NCBI RefSeq assembly: GCF_001194135.2
Contig: NC_068999.1
Span: forward strand, 19,291,849-19,332,419
Source: Octopus bimaculoides
Taxonomy: Eukaryota
Length of the DNA: 40,571 bases
Direction: 5' to 3'
Of the stretch, positions 37,808 through 40,571 are shown one piece after another. Position numbers and translations under genes: made by a program. Below the pieces are notes generated by a model that searched no databases, was not told the DNA's origin, and saw only the letters and a list, made by a program, of their open reading frames with translations. Position 1 is the stretch's first letter. Each line of letters opens with the position of its first letter.

Positions 37808-39559
37808 TAATTTCAAGGGTAATAAGAAATATTAGAAATTTCTACTGCCAGTGGCCTAGCGTTTAAAAAAGTAAAAATTTAATCAATAGACTATATATTA
37901 TTATACATATAAACGCAGTGTATATTTTAACACATAAGAGACATTACTTCCAAAGCACTATTAGGAATAAAACTTCGAAGAGAATGAAAAATAAAAGCGT
38001 TTGCCATCTAAATCCATGGCCCATCAAAATCCTGGACCATGGTGTATGATAAATATAAGAGTAGTGAATGTACTTCTATTAAAACTAAATATTTCTCAAC
38101 TGGCAACGGTTATATATTGTCTTGGGATGTCAATATATTAAAGAATTTAAATGCGGATGTCTTTGTAGTTACTTGTTATAGAAAGTTCAAGAGAAGCTAC
38201 CCACGTAACATATTTTTACAATGCATCATAAGAATATAAAGCATGTGCCGAAAGTACGTAAACAGAAAGCCATTTATCTGCGGTTTGACACATTTTACAA
38301 ATGAGATATTATATATTAGAGCAAAACATAATAACGTACCAGTAAGTGCTGTCATTTCTTTGCATATAAAATATTTGAAATCTGAAAAGTAGATGAAAAT
38401 CTATTAAAGAAAATGTTTGTGATTATAACTTAATGCCTGTATACGTTTTCTTGTTCTTTTAATTATTACTGAATACGAAGACAATATTATCATAATTATA
38501 GTTTGGAATTGTATTATTAAATATATATTACTTTCATTATATAAAACAGACAAACGATAACAATATCAATATTGATATAATAAATATACTTTTCGTGGAG
38601 TAACTAATATTCCCGAGTCTATGTTCTCACCATAGAGGTTGAAGCTAGACACTTTCTGTAGAAATCTAATTATAATCGAATGAAACAAATCTCTGGCTCA
38701 GGGAAGAATAGAACCACATTTCTAAAGACAATATCAAAGACAACGGAGAGGTGTTCCAGCAAGATCTGGTCGAGTAGAAACGAGAGCAACTCCAACGGGA
38801 AATAACTCCATGTAAGTCATTCTTAAAACGTTGACGTTTCCCCACTGACATGGTAACCAATATTATTTCTTCTGTAAGTATAAGTTTCAAAGCTGAGTTA
38901 CCAAAGATGAGTAACGCCTAGATCAAATCTCTAACGGGTCTCAATGCACAAGTCATCTATATCATAGTGGCTAAAAAGTGTCAGCAGACGGGCAACTATC
39001 AATTATGAGCTGGATGCCACCCAAGCCTCATAGAATCTAAATAGTTAAGAGGCGAAACACTCACCGTAGGGATGTTTGTTCTGTTGAGTATTCCTGTTAT
39101 TCAGTTCTCTTAAGAGTTTCTTACCACTACATTAACCGTTTAACTGCTTATACATATTTATCCTACGCATTTATATCAATGTTTATCCTAAGTACGATAA
39201 AATGCGACTGCAAACACATATAGGAAAACATCATTATTCCTGTACATATGATATTGTCTAAAAGCTAATTGCAAGTAATTATGACATTAATAAAATTAGT
39301 AATTTCAAATACAGATTAATTCCATTAATTCATTATTATTCTAAAACAATAGCTACATTATCCCAGTACACCATATTTATGTTCATTTCCTCTTTATTAC
39401 TATGTTATTCAACAATCCTAGTTCACCTGACCCATCTTATTTTGAATATTCCTAATTAAAATTATTGCCATTATCAATAAGTAGTCATCTGAAATTTGAT
39501 AACTCCGAGACATTTTATTTTATTTTATTGATTTTCGCTACTGTTTTCATCAGTTATTA

Positions 39560-39595
39560 ATATTATTATTAATATTATTATTATTATTATTATTA

Positions 39596-39633
<38 letters not shown>

Positions 39634-39663
39634 GTTATTATTATTATCATTATTATTATTATT
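39560..39663. repeat. (ATT)n microsatellite
   Basis: Direct inspection. Confidence 0.95.
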
Positions 39664-39844
39664 TAACTTGGCTTTGTAAAATCTGGATTTCCCTATAAGA
39701 TAATGTTCAATACTGCTTCAATTTTTATTATGTACTCTCCATGCAAGACTCTTCTACGCTAAAGCAAAACAATTGTACAAGTTAATGGTCCTAAAATTTG
39801 TGTAATGAAAACATACAGAAGTCTATAGCTATGTATGTCTAAAC

Positions 39845-39855
39845 ACACATGCACG

Positions 39856-39890
<35 letters not shown>

Positions 39891-39950
39891 GTGCGTATAT
39901 ATGTGCGTGTACGTGTGTTTCTGTGTATGTATGTATTTGTGTGTGGGGGG

Positions 39951-40029
<79 letters not shown>

Positions 40030-40048
40030 ATGTTTATATGCATATATA
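39845..40048. repeat. Compound (AC)n/(GT)n/(AT)n microsatellite
   Basis: Direct inspection. Confidence 0.95.
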
Positions 40049-40511
40049 TTCTGTTTTTGATGGGATTTTTCGAGGTTTTCCCACCACACTCTTGCAAAAA
40101 CTGATGTAAGCGTATTATAAAGAAAAGTTTTCTACATTAATGAATCCCTGTTACAATCCCCATTACAATCCCTACTTCCTTTATTCATCTTTCCATAAAC
40201 ACCGACACCCACTCCAATTCCCCTGCATCACCACATAAATCCTGAAATTTCGCCTCTTTCCAATTCATTTTTTAATCATAATTGTTTTTTAATCGGACTG
40301 TCCGAATTTGCACTCAGCTTGTTATTATAATTTCAAATAAAATGGGGTGTGATTTAAGGGATATTTACTTTTTTTTTTCTTAGCAGATCCCATGACTACC
40401 TGCTTCCTTCTTCGTTTCTTTGTCTCTGTGACATATATTGTCGTTTTCCTATATTTTCTCCCGATAAACACCTTTTATGGCATTTATGCATTTAAGGTTG
40501 CAATTAAAATT

Positions 40512-40542
<31 letters not shown>

Positions 40543-40571
40543 ATATATATATATACCATTATATATATATA

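Overview
AT-rich, microsatellite-dense eukaryotic draft sequence with nine N-gaps. The repeat families and composition suggest an octopus/cephalopod genome (inference from recalled repeats, not a database search). I cannot support any intact host gene, and most listed ORFs are microsatellite, gap or antisense artefacts. The window is intergenic or intronic and filled with decayed transposons: a Helentron-type PIF1 helicase plus endonuclease remnant (~0.84-1.8 kb, minus), a canonical Helitron Rep/helicase remnant (28.5-30.1 kb, plus), a Helitron-like N-terminal repeat fragment (18.7-18.9 kb), an RTE-clade LINE fragment (32.6-33.0 kb, minus), a Penelope-like element with a recognisable GIY-YIG endonuclease (35.5-37.1 kb, minus), and at least four tRNA-derived SINE types. 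The most interesting observation is at 23.6-24.0 kb. A tRNA-headed SINE-like element there carries a minimal type-I hammerhead ribozyme motif of the Penelope-associated, dimer-dependent kind, and is inserted as a 5'-inverted, partly duplicated structure. This suggests a possibly undescribed Pol III SINE/ribozyme chimera that could be mobilised by Penelope-like elements.
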